Notes under the pieces: model-generated
Databases searched by the model: none
What the model saw: the letters and a program-made list of their open reading frames with translations, nothing else
Told to the model about the DNA's origin: nothing
Made by a program: the position numbers and the translations under genes
Source: Daphnia carinata
Lineage: Eukaryota
Direction: 5' to 3'
Assembly (NCBI RefSeq): GCF_022539665.2
Contig: NC_081331.1
Coordinates: 6,944,001 to 7,008,000 of the forward strand
DNA length: 64,000 bases
Part shown: piece after piece, positions 13,601 through 27,400 of the stretch
Layout of the letters: each line of letters starts with the position of its first letter
Position numbering within the stretch: the first letter of the stretch is position 1

Positions 13601-16600
13601 GCTCACAACATTCCTAATTGCGCAAGAAACATTCTTTCTGTCAATGTTTTCTGACTACAAGAATGTGATTGAACATTCGGAGGAAGTCGGAAAAGTTATT
13701 ATAAATATACGCTTCGTACGGATCAGAATGCATGGCTTGGGAAGTCCAAGAATGTTACGTCCGTTTCCCTGTGTAATGAAATGCATCTTACACACGTGAT
13801 TCTTTAACTGACTACCCGATTTCTTCCCGCGATGTCATTACAATATTTTTTCTTTTTTTTTTTTTTTTCTTGTACCATAATAGCATTTTCAATAAGGCAG
13901 ATCAGTCACAAGACCAACCCGGAGGTTAAAAAAAAAAAAAATAACAAGTGAATACAGTTGAGATAGTGGCAGAAGTTTGTCCGACCGGCATGCGGGAAAT
14001 GAAAGTCATCTATCACGGAAGAGTCGGGCTTTTTCTAAACGGACATCTTTCCCGATTTTTTCGTTTATCCCGCACGTAAAATGCAAGTTTTTTTTTTTTA
14101 TTTTAAATTCACGTTTTGAAAGACGAAAACTGTTTTTCAATCTGCATTTGTTTGTTGCAGATGGATGTTACTAACTTTACGTCATTTACCTAAACGGGAA
14201 AACAAAAATGATTTCCCTTTTTTTTTTTCAATTTTTTTTTTTACTTTACCCGAAGCTTAAAAGTCTTCCCTTCGGCGGCATCAAGTTTTATTATGAAGAG
14301 AACCGGGAGGCCGACCGGAAGGTTGGAGGACAATCTCCACAAATCTTTTTTTTTTTTTCTTTTTCCTTCCCCTTTTTTTTCCCTTGCTTGTTTGGTTCTC
14401 ACAATCTAAGTTGATGGATGACTTGGTATATTTTTGTGTAGCAGTTTGAGGCTCGCGATCAAAATGGCGCCCTGATAGTCACCGCAACACACACACACAC
14501 ACCCATAAATATATTCATTTAAATCCCTGAATCATTCCCGCATTTTGAAATTCTACCTATCCGTAAAAACTACAGGACACGTTTCATGCTTACAATAAAA
14601 ACAGTAAAAAAAAAAAGAACAAAGCAAACCGGATGATCATTCTGTCATACAAGTTGCATATAGTCGGACCCGCATGAATGTCTATACTGCGCACTGCAAC
14701 ATAAACGAAGGGGAAATGACCATTAAAAACGAAAAACACATTGAAACCAATTAGGAACTTGCATTACAGATAATTACGGTGCACAAAGGACCCACAATGA
14801 GCAGCACTCTTGGGGCTAGAAGGCTGGAAATCCCTTTTATCATGTCGGCTCTCGGCTTGGCTGTGGGGGGTACGTGCTGTTGTACGACGGTGGCACGGCA
14901 AAAGGGAAAAAGGCTGAATCAACAAATAATGCACCGATGGTTCGCTCTCGATTCGACCCGTGTGTTTATTGACAGGGCGGCGAGCGACGAGAGAGGGGCA
15001 GAGGGACAGATAAAAGAAGGGAGCCAGAGAAAAGAAGGGAGAAAGAAATGTTTAGGTTCGAAATTCCCGCCGATTGTTGGATGGTCGATCCTGCGTGCGT
15101 ACATCTTACTTAAGCCATTTAAAAAAAAAAAGCCAGCCCGTTTTGCCCGCTTTACCACCAATGGTATTATTTTCAAACTACTTTTAATTAGAACCTCTTG
15201 CACGATCGGACGCAACAATGTTCTTTCTGTTGTTGTTTTTTTGTTTTTTTTTACCGCGTAAGAACAATGCTCGCCTCGCCTTGACAGTACACGCGCACGC
15301 AATGCGCTATCGCTACCGAATATCGAACAAGAGTCACGTTTGCACACAGCAAAACTTTTCCTTGCCAAAAAGAAGAAACCCCGAATGAATATTTAAATTC
15401 CAGTTTTTATTCGTTTTGCGTCAGACAGGTGACAAGATATAATACCGATTACTTTGTGTTGGCTAACCACAGCGGATAAGCAGAACAAAAAAAAAAAAGG
15501 AATAATTATCTTAAAGATTATTAGCATAGAAGAACACGAACAAGTCCATTCTGTAAGAGATTTGTTAACATTGTGAAAGGATTCAGGTCCGAATTCGGTA
15601 TTTTTTTTTTTGCGATCTAATCAGCCATTAAAATTAAGGTGCGCACAACATCTCGGCCACCAAACTATGACGTGATTGACAGCTGGGGGGGGGGGGGGGA
15701 TTAGGGAACGCAAACAGAAGGGAAGACACACACACACAAAAAGAAGACAAAAAGAGAAAAGAAAAAACGGATATCAAGTAAAGCCCAAGTTGTCAAAAGG
15801 CAGCTCCTATTCCGGTGGGCGAGAAAGTTCCGGCCTATAGTTCAGACGTGGACCCCTCATTTTGGGGTGTCTTTCTTTTTTCCCCCCTCTTAAAAGGCAA
15901 ACAAGAGTGAGGGGGGGAAGTGATGGAAGAGGGGCGTCCGGACGCAGCTGTGAAACCCAACAGAGCAGATCCAGCAGCGGTGGCGTAGCAAAGCGCCAGA
16001 GACAAATAGACGGCGTATAGGAAAACTTGCGGCCAAGAAGAGGGCGGCGGAATGGTGGAAGGATCAACGGAACGTTTGACGGGACGGAGAAAAGATTTCT
16101 GTTGTGTATGTAAAGCGATGCAGACTACCGGCTGACTGACAGTCGGGTGAGAAAACGAGTGATACGACGAGATAATGGGCAGAGTGAGGAAAACGGTACA
16201 GTCGGCTCGATATGCGTGTCGGGCTATGAAGACTAGTTCCAGCAACCACGTACACAAATGTTCAATCGTTTTTTTTTCCAACGCTTCGTTGGCTGATTAA
16301 AAAAGGACTACTCCAGAAAATGGAACGAATAGTGTCACGTAACATTGCGGATTTCGAGTCTGAAAAATGTGTTGCTATCGTTTACTCTTTTTCATTTTCA
16401 GATGTGTCAATATGATAAAGAGCCACCGTTATCCGGGGACGTTTGGGAAGTGTGTGATTGCGCACACGCTTCACGGATCAAATGATTTTCTCCGATTCGA
16501 AACGGACGCTATGGTCTCGTTTGCTACGGACGAATTGGCGTTGGCAGAGCTCAAATTGCAAAGTTGTCGGAAGCACCAACCGCTTCTGATTAGATGCTTT

Positions 16601-17910
16601 CGAAAAGAAGAAGTGCTGAAGGCGTCCAGGAAATCCTTCGACGCATTATTTACTTTTGCCGAAGAAGACAGACGGGCAAGACCGAGTGTAAAACTCATTA
16701 GAGCTAGTCGGAGGGGCTGAAGAAGGAGCGAACAAGCTCAGAGAAAAATGTGGAGCAAGGCATAGAGTGAGAGACGGGCGACTCGCCGAAGAAGAAGTTT
16801 TTCAATTGCAAAATGATCCGATGACATTTCCATCACACACAGTTGAAAACACATGGCGCCTGCAGACGGCGAGAACTGGACACCCACGCCGCTCGCGGTT
16901 ACTACTAACATACTACAAGCGCTTTGAAAGCAAACAGATCCCCCCCCCCCCCCCAAAAAAAAAAAAATAAAATAAAATGAAAATAGAAAATCCATCCAAC
17001 AGGCTTCTCGGGATCCCTGGTGCAAACTGGAAGTTCCGTTTGCCGATCCAACGTCGAAAACAACGTAGTTTTTTGAATCCATGGGAGACCATTATATAAT
17101 TTTTTTTTTACGCGGATAATTTAACAATGACGGCCTGGGGGCTTCCAGTTTTCCACGCATTGATATAAAACAAAGAAAAATAACCAGCCCTTTTTTCAAG
17201 TTCCAGTTGAGGACCCAAATCGACATATTTGTGAATTAGAAATGATCTACCTATTGTGCGAGTTAATTGGACAAGAGCCGAAAAGGCAGTGAAAGTGGCG
17301 GAGAATGTGTTCCAGGGAAAATTTGAGACTAATCCCTGCGTTTTCTTTTCCTTAGAGGATTAAATGGTTCGCTACGAAATACTCAGTAATCCGTTCATTT
17401 GTTTGCCGTGTTGGCCAAAGCTCTGCCTGCTATGTTATTACTTAAGGGGGGAGATGGAGTTCTTGCGGCTAACGGCAGTCGCCTAGGATCAATGCGGATT
17501 AAGTGCTGGATACAAGTCCGACGGGACTTGGGCGGACAATCCTGTGTCCTCTTATTTGATAGCTACCTAAGATTTGCACACCATCGTCAGCTGGCCACTG
17601 CTTTTCCTGTTAAGCACTGTGCCTACTCAATCGCTTCCAGGAACGAAATCAACGCCACCCTTTTTCTGCCCAAGTGGCTGCCGTAAAGTTATTTTGGAGG
17701 TTGTTGGCAGTAGCAGGATATAACGTATGTACAGAAAGCCTATCAATCAAATAAAACATGATCAATCAAGGAAATTTCGAATTAAGTGTTATAAGCCCAA
17801 AAAACGAAAATTCCTAGAAAAATCTGTTCGCTCATCAAAAAGAATAAAAATAAAGCCTGCATCAAGAAACTCTCAATGGCAAGTCGTTTAAATACGTTTG
17901 GAGCAGCACA

Positions 17911-18016
17911 ACGCCACCTATTTTTATGTCTCTAAGCTTCTACACGAGCCACAACGTCCTCTGATGGCTAAAACTTCAACTAAAAAAGGCTTTTTAAAAA
18001 GTGAGACATCTAGTGC
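17911..18016 (-). promoter_or_regulatory. Cluster of three degenerate CTCF-like motifs
   Basis: Minus strand AAAATAGGTGGCGT (17911-17924), CCATCAGAGGACGT (17954-17967) and GCACTAGATGTCTC (18003-18016). Confidence 0.3.
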
Positions 18017-21000
18017 CGAATAAGAAATGTCGCAAAAAAAGAGCCAAACCGGGAACGACAGAAAAGATCAATCCTCAAACTATAGGGGCGAAAAACAAAC
18101 CCATACAGTAGAATTTAAAAAATTTAAAAAGATAATATAATTGTTTTTCGTTCGTTTTATGTAACACTGAAAACATTTAATACGCGGCGCTGATAACATC
18201 ATTCATCAGCTAAAGAAAAAAAGAAGAAAAAGAAAAAGAAAAAGACAGACAGCTTGGCTTGTCTGTTCGTCCGATCAGTCATCACATCGCAACATCAGCT
18301 AACAGAGAAGGATAAGCGTAGAAAAACGTTCCATAAGAGAATATTAATACACATAGAGAAATAGATGATTATACGGCAAAGCCTTTTCTATATACATAAA
18401 AAACTAATTGCTTCAGTCAAATCTCGAAAACCACGCTCTCGTTCTCTATTTAGACTATTTAGAATATACTGCGCGTTTTTGATAAAACACGTGGTAAGCG
18501 ATAAAACGGGGGGAAAAAATCAGGAAGGCAGAGACATCCCGACGGAGCAGCCAGGTCCCTCATCACCACGACCGCTGGTCATATTTTATCTAAACGCTCA
18601 CGTCATAGACTACACGCGTATATATACAGCTGTTTGAACCGAAATATTTAGAGCAACATATAAGTAACGGGACGCATGTGAATCCTGGGAGTTTGCAGCC
18701 ACCAAAAGGTGCTGCACTGCTCAAAGAACACGCTATAAAAAGAAGAAGAAGAAGGAAAAAAAAAAAGGCAGAAAAAAAGGAAGAAACTTCCGTAAATATT
18801 TACAATATCTACCGACCACCAGTTCCAAATTGCTGCCGAACCCCATCTCCCTTTTGGTCTTGCTCTACGTCCACCATCTCTTTTTTTTTTCTTCTATACT
18901 TTGTTTATTCGTATACGATGGCCAAGCACCGTCTAAAGATAGGCCAATCCCCTTTTTCTGGTGGGCTACTCTATATTTTCCGAAATTTTTGTTTTTCTTT
19001 GTAAGAATTAAAGTTTTCTTTTTCATGTCTGTCAGTATGAGGGACTTCGCAGAGTTCTAAAGAATGTTTATAATTCACCGCTTTCTGAGCAGGCAAGTGT
19101 TGAATTATTTCGTAAGACTTTGGAACTTGTCTAGCCGTGGTCGTAGTTATGTTTGGGAAATTCCACAAAGCTGACCTGCACCTGATGGCAGTTTACCAAT
19201 TGCTGATATGGGAAATGTGGTGGAACTGCATCAAAAGACGAACATGTCACGCAATTATAAATTTCCGAATAACAAATCAGACATGCGCAATATGCCATAC
19301 CATCGCTATTTTTGTACGATCTGTCTTGATTACATCTCTTTGTAACGACCAAAGTCTTTGAAAAAAAAAAATTCCCTGAGCCCCCTTCTCTGTTGTCCTT
19401 CTTCAACGATATCTCTTTCTCTCACTTTTTTTTATATATTCTTTTGCTTCTTTTCTCTATATCTCTTTCTCAAATGTAAGAGAGTGAATTCGGACACATT
19501 GACTTTGAAACGACCGACGCAAAGGGCGCCCGTCCATTCAATTCCTTATAATGGATTGGCATCCGCCGGATCGGATCTCAATCCGAACGGAACGGTATCA
19601 AATGATTTGGAAATGCAGGACGGGTGGCAACAGCGGCCGAAGAGACGGTGGCACAGCTACACACAATGAGCTGCGCCGCTCCGGTACGCTCGGCTTTTAG
19701 CCTTCGCATTCAAGATGAGCAAGACCTTTTTTTTTTTTTTTGAAGCCAACTCTTGAATCGACTGATTGAATGGTGGTGCTATCGATAGTATGGCCTGCTC
19801 CTTCTTTTTCTTCTTTTGTATTGTGTTGCATGTCGGCCGAAAACGATTCATCTAGATAGTTGAAATTGTAAACTTGAAAGCAGTTACAGCCTACTCTCTC
19901 CAAGTTCACTGTCTAACTTCAACTTTGAACCCTTGCTCCCTCTCGCAAGAGCAATGCAAAAAACAGAACCCCCCCCTCAACAAATCGACTCTGTCCGCTG
20001 ATGCAATTACCGGCGATGGATGGCGAGACTTGGCTCGTTGGCCATCACGAATGCCTATAGGACGGGCTTTTTGAAGAAGTAAGAAACAAGTCAAAGGCAG
20101 TCCAATTTCGTGACGTGAGGACTGCACGTCGATCAACGAAGATCGTTTGTCAACCTAACGTAAGAAACCAAGGACGTGGACGACCATTAGACACGGCACA
20201 ACGATGGAAGAGCCCATCAGCGTTGCGAGCCCTTCGGCCTTAATGCTGAGTTGAATTGATTTCGGACTGATAGTAGCGAGATTACGGGTGGACGAGATGA
20301 GGTTAGGACGAGGTGGGCAGGCTTAAGATTAATTGGCTGCGTCTCCATTAGGGCCGATGACTATTATCACCGCAATGAGACAAGTACTGAGACGACGAAT
20401 AGACAAAAGAGAATTGCATTGCTAACGACGCCTATATGGATACGCTAGACGAGTATTGTTACACGAAAAGTTGATGATGCAATCAACACTTCTCCGTTGC
20501 TGTGACAGTGCTCAACTGGGACGATAGCGGATGAGATTACTATGCCAAAGGCTTCTAACTGATTTTGGTTGCCACACTATTTCTTTCCCGCTGGCCACGT
20601 ACGATGTACATCATTTAAGGAGATAGAATTTAAGTTACCTATAGTATTCGTGGTTGTGCCTACATTTTTTCCGCCCTTCTCCCCCCTGTACAAGTGTACT
20701 CTTTCATCTAGAATCTTGGCTTCTTTTGCCCATTGAGAGTAAAAAAAAAAAGACAATATAAGAAACGATCAAGTTTATACTACTCACGTTCGGTTAATTG
20801 GTTGCCGACCTCAATAATGCTATCCATAGTCCATCGTCTTTTTTTTTTTTAAGACTTTCCTCTTAAGGCAAAATGCTCCATTACGTCACTAGCTTGCAAA
20901 TTCTAGTCCACCGTTCGCCGTCCAATAATTCGGCAACATAAAACGAATAATCATTACGGACATAGACGTCCGTTTGCGCTAAATAGTTCCACATAAAAGG

Positions 21001-21355
21001 CTTTCCCCGTTTTGGCCTCTTTATTTGTTACTTTTCGACAACCAGATTCGTCCTAAGCGGGATTTGGGTCGCGAAGCCTATGCCACTGAATCACGAAAGA
21101 GTTTCCAATGATCGATGGAAGGAGGCGCGGTGCTCTATGTGCGATTGCTCCTATATAGCCCCTGTAGCAAGCCTGCTGGCCAAAAAAGTGATGTTCAAGA
21201 AGAAAAAAAAAAGCAGAAAACTCTGGAATCCATCACTCTTTTCTCTATATGAATCAATCATTGAAAATGGGATTTGCCAAGATGGCGAAGAAAAAGTAAA
21301 AAAGCTAAAATAAACGACAACAAAACAAAAACAAACACGCAATGAATAATCTTAC

Positions 21356-21436
21356 CGCTTTCAGTGTCGGAAGACGTCGCCGTGTCCAGCGCGGATTTCG
21401 AAGCAACAGCATCCGGGGCTCCTTGGGCGGCTATAC
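21356..21436 (-). other. Candidate 81-nt exon of an unidentified transcript
   Basis: Acceptor catctcttctttatAG and donor gcg|GTAAGA flank a GC-richer 81-nt block. Only one frame is open (IAAQGAPDAVASKSALDTATSSDTES). Confidence 0.4.
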
Positions 21437-24400
21437 CTATAAAGAAGAGATGAGTATTAATACACATGTATGCTGGCATCATTGGGAAAGAAGCCCCACT
21501 ATTGGGTTTCGTGACCAAAGAAATAAACTTGTGCTTATTGTAAATGTCCCGCCAAATACAAACTCGGCACAAAAGTTTCAACAGCTAAATGGTAACGCAG
21601 TCTAATAGCAAAAGTTCTCTCTATCCGATTGTCTTGTACGTTCAACCTTCTTGTACCCTTCCTCTCCTTCCTTAGATAATTGAAAGAGTCAATCAGAACG
21701 TCGGGTAAGGGTTTTTCCAACCCTAATTGAGCTACATTCTTTTGAATCCCTTTGCCATCCAACACACAACACACAAATAAAATAGAGTAGAATCGAACTC
21801 GATCAAGTTGAAGAAGACCCGTGGAAGACGGCAAAAAAAAAAATATATATAGGTGAAAGGGTCATCAAACGAGTCTGTCTCCGAAAGTTCACTGTTCCGA
21901 CTGACTTCTTTCTTTGCTGTCTTTCTTTTCTTCTATCGCCCTTTCTTGTCTTTTCTTCTTTTGTCGAAAACAAAGACGCACACAACGATACCAATCAGTC
22001 GAAGCAGCCGGAACTATCCGTTTTAAACAAATCGAATGACAAAGAAAATAAAAACAAGAAACGAAATCGGTAGAAAATGAAAGCAGAAACAGTTTCCACA
22101 TTCAAATGGCGGAAACAAGCACGCATTTTTCACAAAGCTTGCAATTTCCATTTTCCACCATTCCACGCGCATAATATACGCGATTTATTAACTTACGGCG
22201 AATTAGAAAGGGCATGACTTTTTACGGCAAATCAAACGATGGCGGTTATTCACCACGAAGAAGAACGTAACCGAATTTGAAGCAATGAAAGTCATTTATT
22301 AGCGCGTTGCTCTTGAGCAACATAATTCAATTGCCAGTCGATTTTCTTCGTCACATCATTAGTTGAAAATCCGCAGGACTATCTGCACTGTGAAGCAAGT
22401 AAAACGAGAATCCCTTTCTCGGGACGTGATGGATTACCACTCACGAGTGCATTGAATGTCGTGGCCAGAGCTGCCGAAAACTCGCGGAACGGTCTACAGC
22501 TAGAACATGGACGGAGAGGAAAGATAGTATAGAGAGGTGAGCCACGTCTTCTATATCTGTTTCTACTCGACTCTGGCTGCCGCTGTACAACAACGTCATG
22601 GAGAAGGAGAAAGGGAAAAAAAAACGAGGAGACATATCAGCGTGTGTCGCTCCTGCCTCGTGATCAAAGGGACAAAGCGAAAAGAAAAAGCGACGAGAGA
22701 GAGAGAGAGAGACGGAAAAGAGGTTCATTATCGATTACCTACTTCTCTTTCTTTTTCATCCTTTTTTTCTCTCTAACTGTTGGGGGTTTCCACGCGAATA
22801 GAAGAAGACTGAAGAAAGAAGAATTATAAAAGAACGAAGAGAGGTCATGTCGGCTACTCTGACTGGGAAAAAGAGACGTGCCACAAAATTGACCAATTGA
22901 CTAGCAGTTGGCGGTGTTTTCACGTTCACCGACAAGACTTGTGATTTCTTTTTATCTTGTCTAGTCATCATCGGGAATGAATTATTGCATTTTGCTAAGT
23001 GAAAACGATTGGAGCTACGAGCAAGGGCAAGCGGGGCGTGTCTCGTCGTTGAGTGATAAACTGAGAATTGAAATGGAAAACGACTCTTTTGACATTTATG
23101 TAAGGTCCGTAGCCATAGATCTCGCTGACAAACATTGTCGTTTCTCCTTTTGCCAAACACCCGTCCATGCAATTGTGGCTGAAACAAAAAAAAAATATAT
23201 ACTGTCGTCTTTGCGCTCCTTCCACCAGTCATTCTGACGGCCAGATATTTCGTTCTGATCCAGAGCCAAAACTCGCTAATGAGGTATCAAAACATAAATT
23301 TTAAGAACGAAAAAAAAAATAAATAAATAGGGCAAATTATGAGGCTAAACACACTACACAGATGTCTGTTGTTTTTCGATTCGATTTATTATTATTACCA
23401 AGATGAAAGAAAAACGGGAGTTGATTTGTACGGGGTTATCACGTACCATGTGGATGTCCAGATCGGAAGAAAATGGAGACCCTAGCAACTGTGGTTTCTA
23501 TACAACCGTAGAATTACTGGGAGCGGCTATCGGGTTCTGGACCCATTCAAAAACATCGACTCGGGGCTTTTGGTTCTTGTCGGGACGATTTACGGTTTGT
23601 GACGGAGAAGGTACCCCCAACAGAAATTATTTTATAACGGAGCTGACGTGAGAACTGCTGCTATTGTCTTTATCCACGTTCCATGTTTGGTACTGTCCGT
23701 ACCCTCTTCTCTTTTAGTTTGTACACATTTACACAGAGCCCATCGAACTCGTTGAAAAACTTGTCTTATTTTGTTGATCAAAAGTTGAAGTTTTTGTTAG
23801 TGTTTACCGTGCCGTATGGCCGGACACGCGGACGTGTGTATATACACAGGCAAAATTGTGTTCATATACAGAGTGTGGGCTCCGACCAACAGTCAATGGC
23901 ATGACGTAGGTGGAGCTAATACGAAGAGGAAGATGGCGGAGACCGAATGGAATTGAACGAATCCATCTGGTCACATGCATAAAGGCAGAGAATGCCAATT
24001 CACGATTGCTTCTTTCCATTTCTAATACACAAAGCGTTTCCAAGTTCCCATCGACGGAAGATAGAATAATAATAATAAAAAAAAGGCGAACGACTCAATT
24101 CGAAAAAAAAAAAAAAAAAAGATTGCCACTAGTATGACAGAGCCACGTTATACGCTAAACACTAGCAATTCAGGTCTTACGGGAGCGTGAGCTGGCTTCG
24201 CGCTGCACGGCATGTGTACGCTGTATTATGCTATTGAAGCGGCTAAACAAACAAATGCTCCAATTTGGACGGGGAAAGAGCGCACTGAAGAGCCTTTAGA
24301 AAAACAACAACCGATTGCCTCCCGTCTTCTCTTCGACATCGTTCGCCCGTTTGCTAACAGCCGCCCTTATACAACGTCGATCGAACGCAGCTTTAGTCGT

Positions 24401-27400
24401 CTCTCTCTCGCCCCCCCCCCCCCCCGACTCCTCTTTTTTCGGCTTCCTTCTATTTCCATTTAATCGTTGCATCGTCGAACAATATATATATATATATATA
24501 AGGAGTAGAGAAGGAAAACAGAAAACTAAAAAAAGAGAACGCCAACAACGGATGACGAAAGCAGCAAATTCACGCAGAGCCGCACCTTCAGACCCTCCCC
24601 CGTTTTCGGCCAATGTTGTCTGCACATTGCAGTCGATTCTTCTTGCAAAATCTAAGTCGTCATCAAACAGGGCAACATCCTACCTATGGCGCACTAGAGT
24701 TCCGCCCGAATCTAAACACTATGTGTTCCATCTTGATTATTTTTGAAAACGTCTGTCCTTGTCTTGCGAGACGGAAACATTTCGTCTTCGTTCTCTCCAT
24801 TTCTCCATCTTGCCAAGCGGGAACGATTTGACGGCAAATATAGTTATGGCAATGGCCTGTTTGCCTTTCATCGCTCAAGGTATTTTCATGCTTTTTCGAG
24901 TGTATAACATCCCATAGATGGATGGGAAAACGCGTCCCCAGATGAGCCAATAACTACTAAAAGACTATTTCGACATTCGCCCGAACGGCACTTCTATCGC
25001 CGCAAAGGACGTCATCATTCAAACGCGATTTCCACTTCGCGTTCGACCTTAACAAATGCATAATTTTTGTTTTATATTTTTTTTATTCTTTCGTCGCTGT
25101 TTTCTACATCTTTTTTTTTCACCCTTCCTTTGTGGTTTTTTTTTTATTATTGACAAACGGAATCGATACAAACAGACTCTACTATGCCGACGAGATGTCG
25201 ACAAAGTTGTAACTCAATTTCCCAGCAAATAAGCCGATGCAAAGTTCCATGAATTGAAGAGACATTCAACGCCTTCAACGCATCAAGTTGCGTGATTCCG
25301 TTAGTCTTTCGTATGTGTCTATTCGTTTTTCTACATTTGTTTTTTGTTCTTTGTTTTTAGTTGCCGGTTTTTAGTCCATTTTTTTTGTGTTGTACTTCGC
25401 GAACAATTCGTTGTCGAATTCCAGTCAGCCAAAATAGAGTCACTTGTCGTCGTCTGTTGTGGCTGTCGTGAAATATGGGCATCCCAATGACTACCCGCCA
25501 ATTAAAAAAAAAAAAAATGAAAGAAAAAGAAAAGAGCCAACTGCAAGTAACATACGTCATGTCAACGTTTGATCTTGCTACTAAATATTTTGGCCAAAAT
25601 TCCTGGCGATCACGCGACCAAAAAAAAAAACTGTCTGCAGCAAAATAAACTTAGCAAGATCAAACGAATTCTTTGACAGGAAACTGACCCAATGATAAGG
25701 TTGACCTCATACGGGGTACGTTCTTTGTCACGTAACGCATTTCTAGTGAGTATATTTGGAGTTGGCCACAACATCGCAACCCGTTCGCATCGGACGGCGC
25801 CTCGCCCGTTCTAAACGCCGCGTTACCTGACCATCTCGCAAACACGGATTAAAGTTTGGAAGTTGGGAATTAAAAGTGAATGGAAGACAGTTTCAAGGAA
25901 GACTGCCCTTTTCCGCCACGTACATTTCCACGCCATCAACGACATAAATCTCTCAGTCGTCCGTCATCGAGGACAATCTATGGCAAACTCGTTGCCAAGT
26001 ATCGGAATGGCTGTGTTTACTAGCGCGTTATTACCCGACGCTATCTCATATTTCTGGTCCAAGTCAAGCACATCGTCGACGTCGTTCGGCGGCATCATCA
26101 CCGTCGTGCAACTCTTTCTTTTTTTTTTCCCCTCGTTTCCTTTCATTTTGGAGTTTGAATCCGCCTCCCTCCTCCCTGAGTGTGAAATAGACGGACCATG
26201 AGCACTAGAATAGCCGGACGTTTTCAGCTCAACACTTTGCATAAACAGACTCTGTTCAAAGTTTCTTTCTTACAGACGGCCGAACGACCGCCTGCTGCGG
26301 GCAGAATGTTTAATTCATCTCCGCTTGGCAGATTGCGCGTTGGGCATTCATGGCCATTCTCTTCTTTTCAAACGTAAATACTTTCGGCAAATAAAACATA
26401 TTGGGCCGGATAGTGCGATTGCTTGAAAAAAGGAACCAGCTCAGTTCGAAATTCTTTGAATCTTCTCGCTCCTGACTTTGTAGTCAAACGAAAAAAATGG
26501 CGTCACTATTCTATTTGATCAATAAAACGACCAACCGCCGTTGCCAATCGCCTAAAGGCTTTGCTTTTTAAGGCTTTAAATCCACTCATCGTCCTGTGTG
26601 CACACACTGCTCACCAGATCATCGTAACGCATCACGAGTAAATAGTACACGGATATATCCACTGAAATTAATCTGCGTATTTTTCTCAAAAACAAGCACA
26701 CGCACAAAAATAAATGTTTCGTTGAAAATTAACGATATGGATTTTAACAACCGACTGGATTTTCTGTTAAATATTGCCGAATGCGTTGGTGGCCAACTGT
26801 CTCTGAATCGCTAACGATATGAATTTTTTAACGACGACGTTATGTTCTTTGCAGTCTAGCATGTAATTTGCAGGGGGTGTTACGCTGAAGAAGCGGATCG
26901 ATGGCGAGTGTCCGTTACAAGATGGTATCAAATGTAAAGCTATGTAGGGAAGGTTGACACTTCCGTTCACTCTTCCAACGGGCCAGGAAACGCTATATAC
27001 CACGGCCAAGTCCGCATGCATAATATTTGAAAGGTCGGCAGTATGTTGAAAAGCCAAGCGCAAAATTTGCTTTTTTCTTTTTAATTATATTTTATATACA
27101 CATGTATATGTGTGTATTTTTTAAATGCAAAATACGCAGTAAGTCAGTACGGATTACTCGTGTACAACGCAAGTGCATGCAAACGTCATGACAAATCAAG
27201 GACGTTGTAACGAAACGTCAATGGTACTCGGCTTCGTCGTTAACGGTTGCCCCACTAATATGTAACATGTTATCCATTTGTTGGCACACTAGTGGGAAAA
27301 ACCATACGAAAGCTGATATAACTTTGATATGTTACATTTGATCGTTACAGCCGAGATGCGCAAACTCATCCAATACGACTCGCCGTTTCCGTATATCGCT

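Noticed and set aside
16367..16720. 117-aa ORF behind a good plus-strand acceptor (ttcattttcag)
   Set aside because: No recognisable protein similarity and no clear donor or partner exons.
20466..20556. C/D-box snoRNA-like arrangement (TGATGA...CTGA with AAAA/TTTT ends)
   Set aside because: Box C is imperfect, the stem is weak and all-AT, and no rRNA-complementary guide is recognisable.
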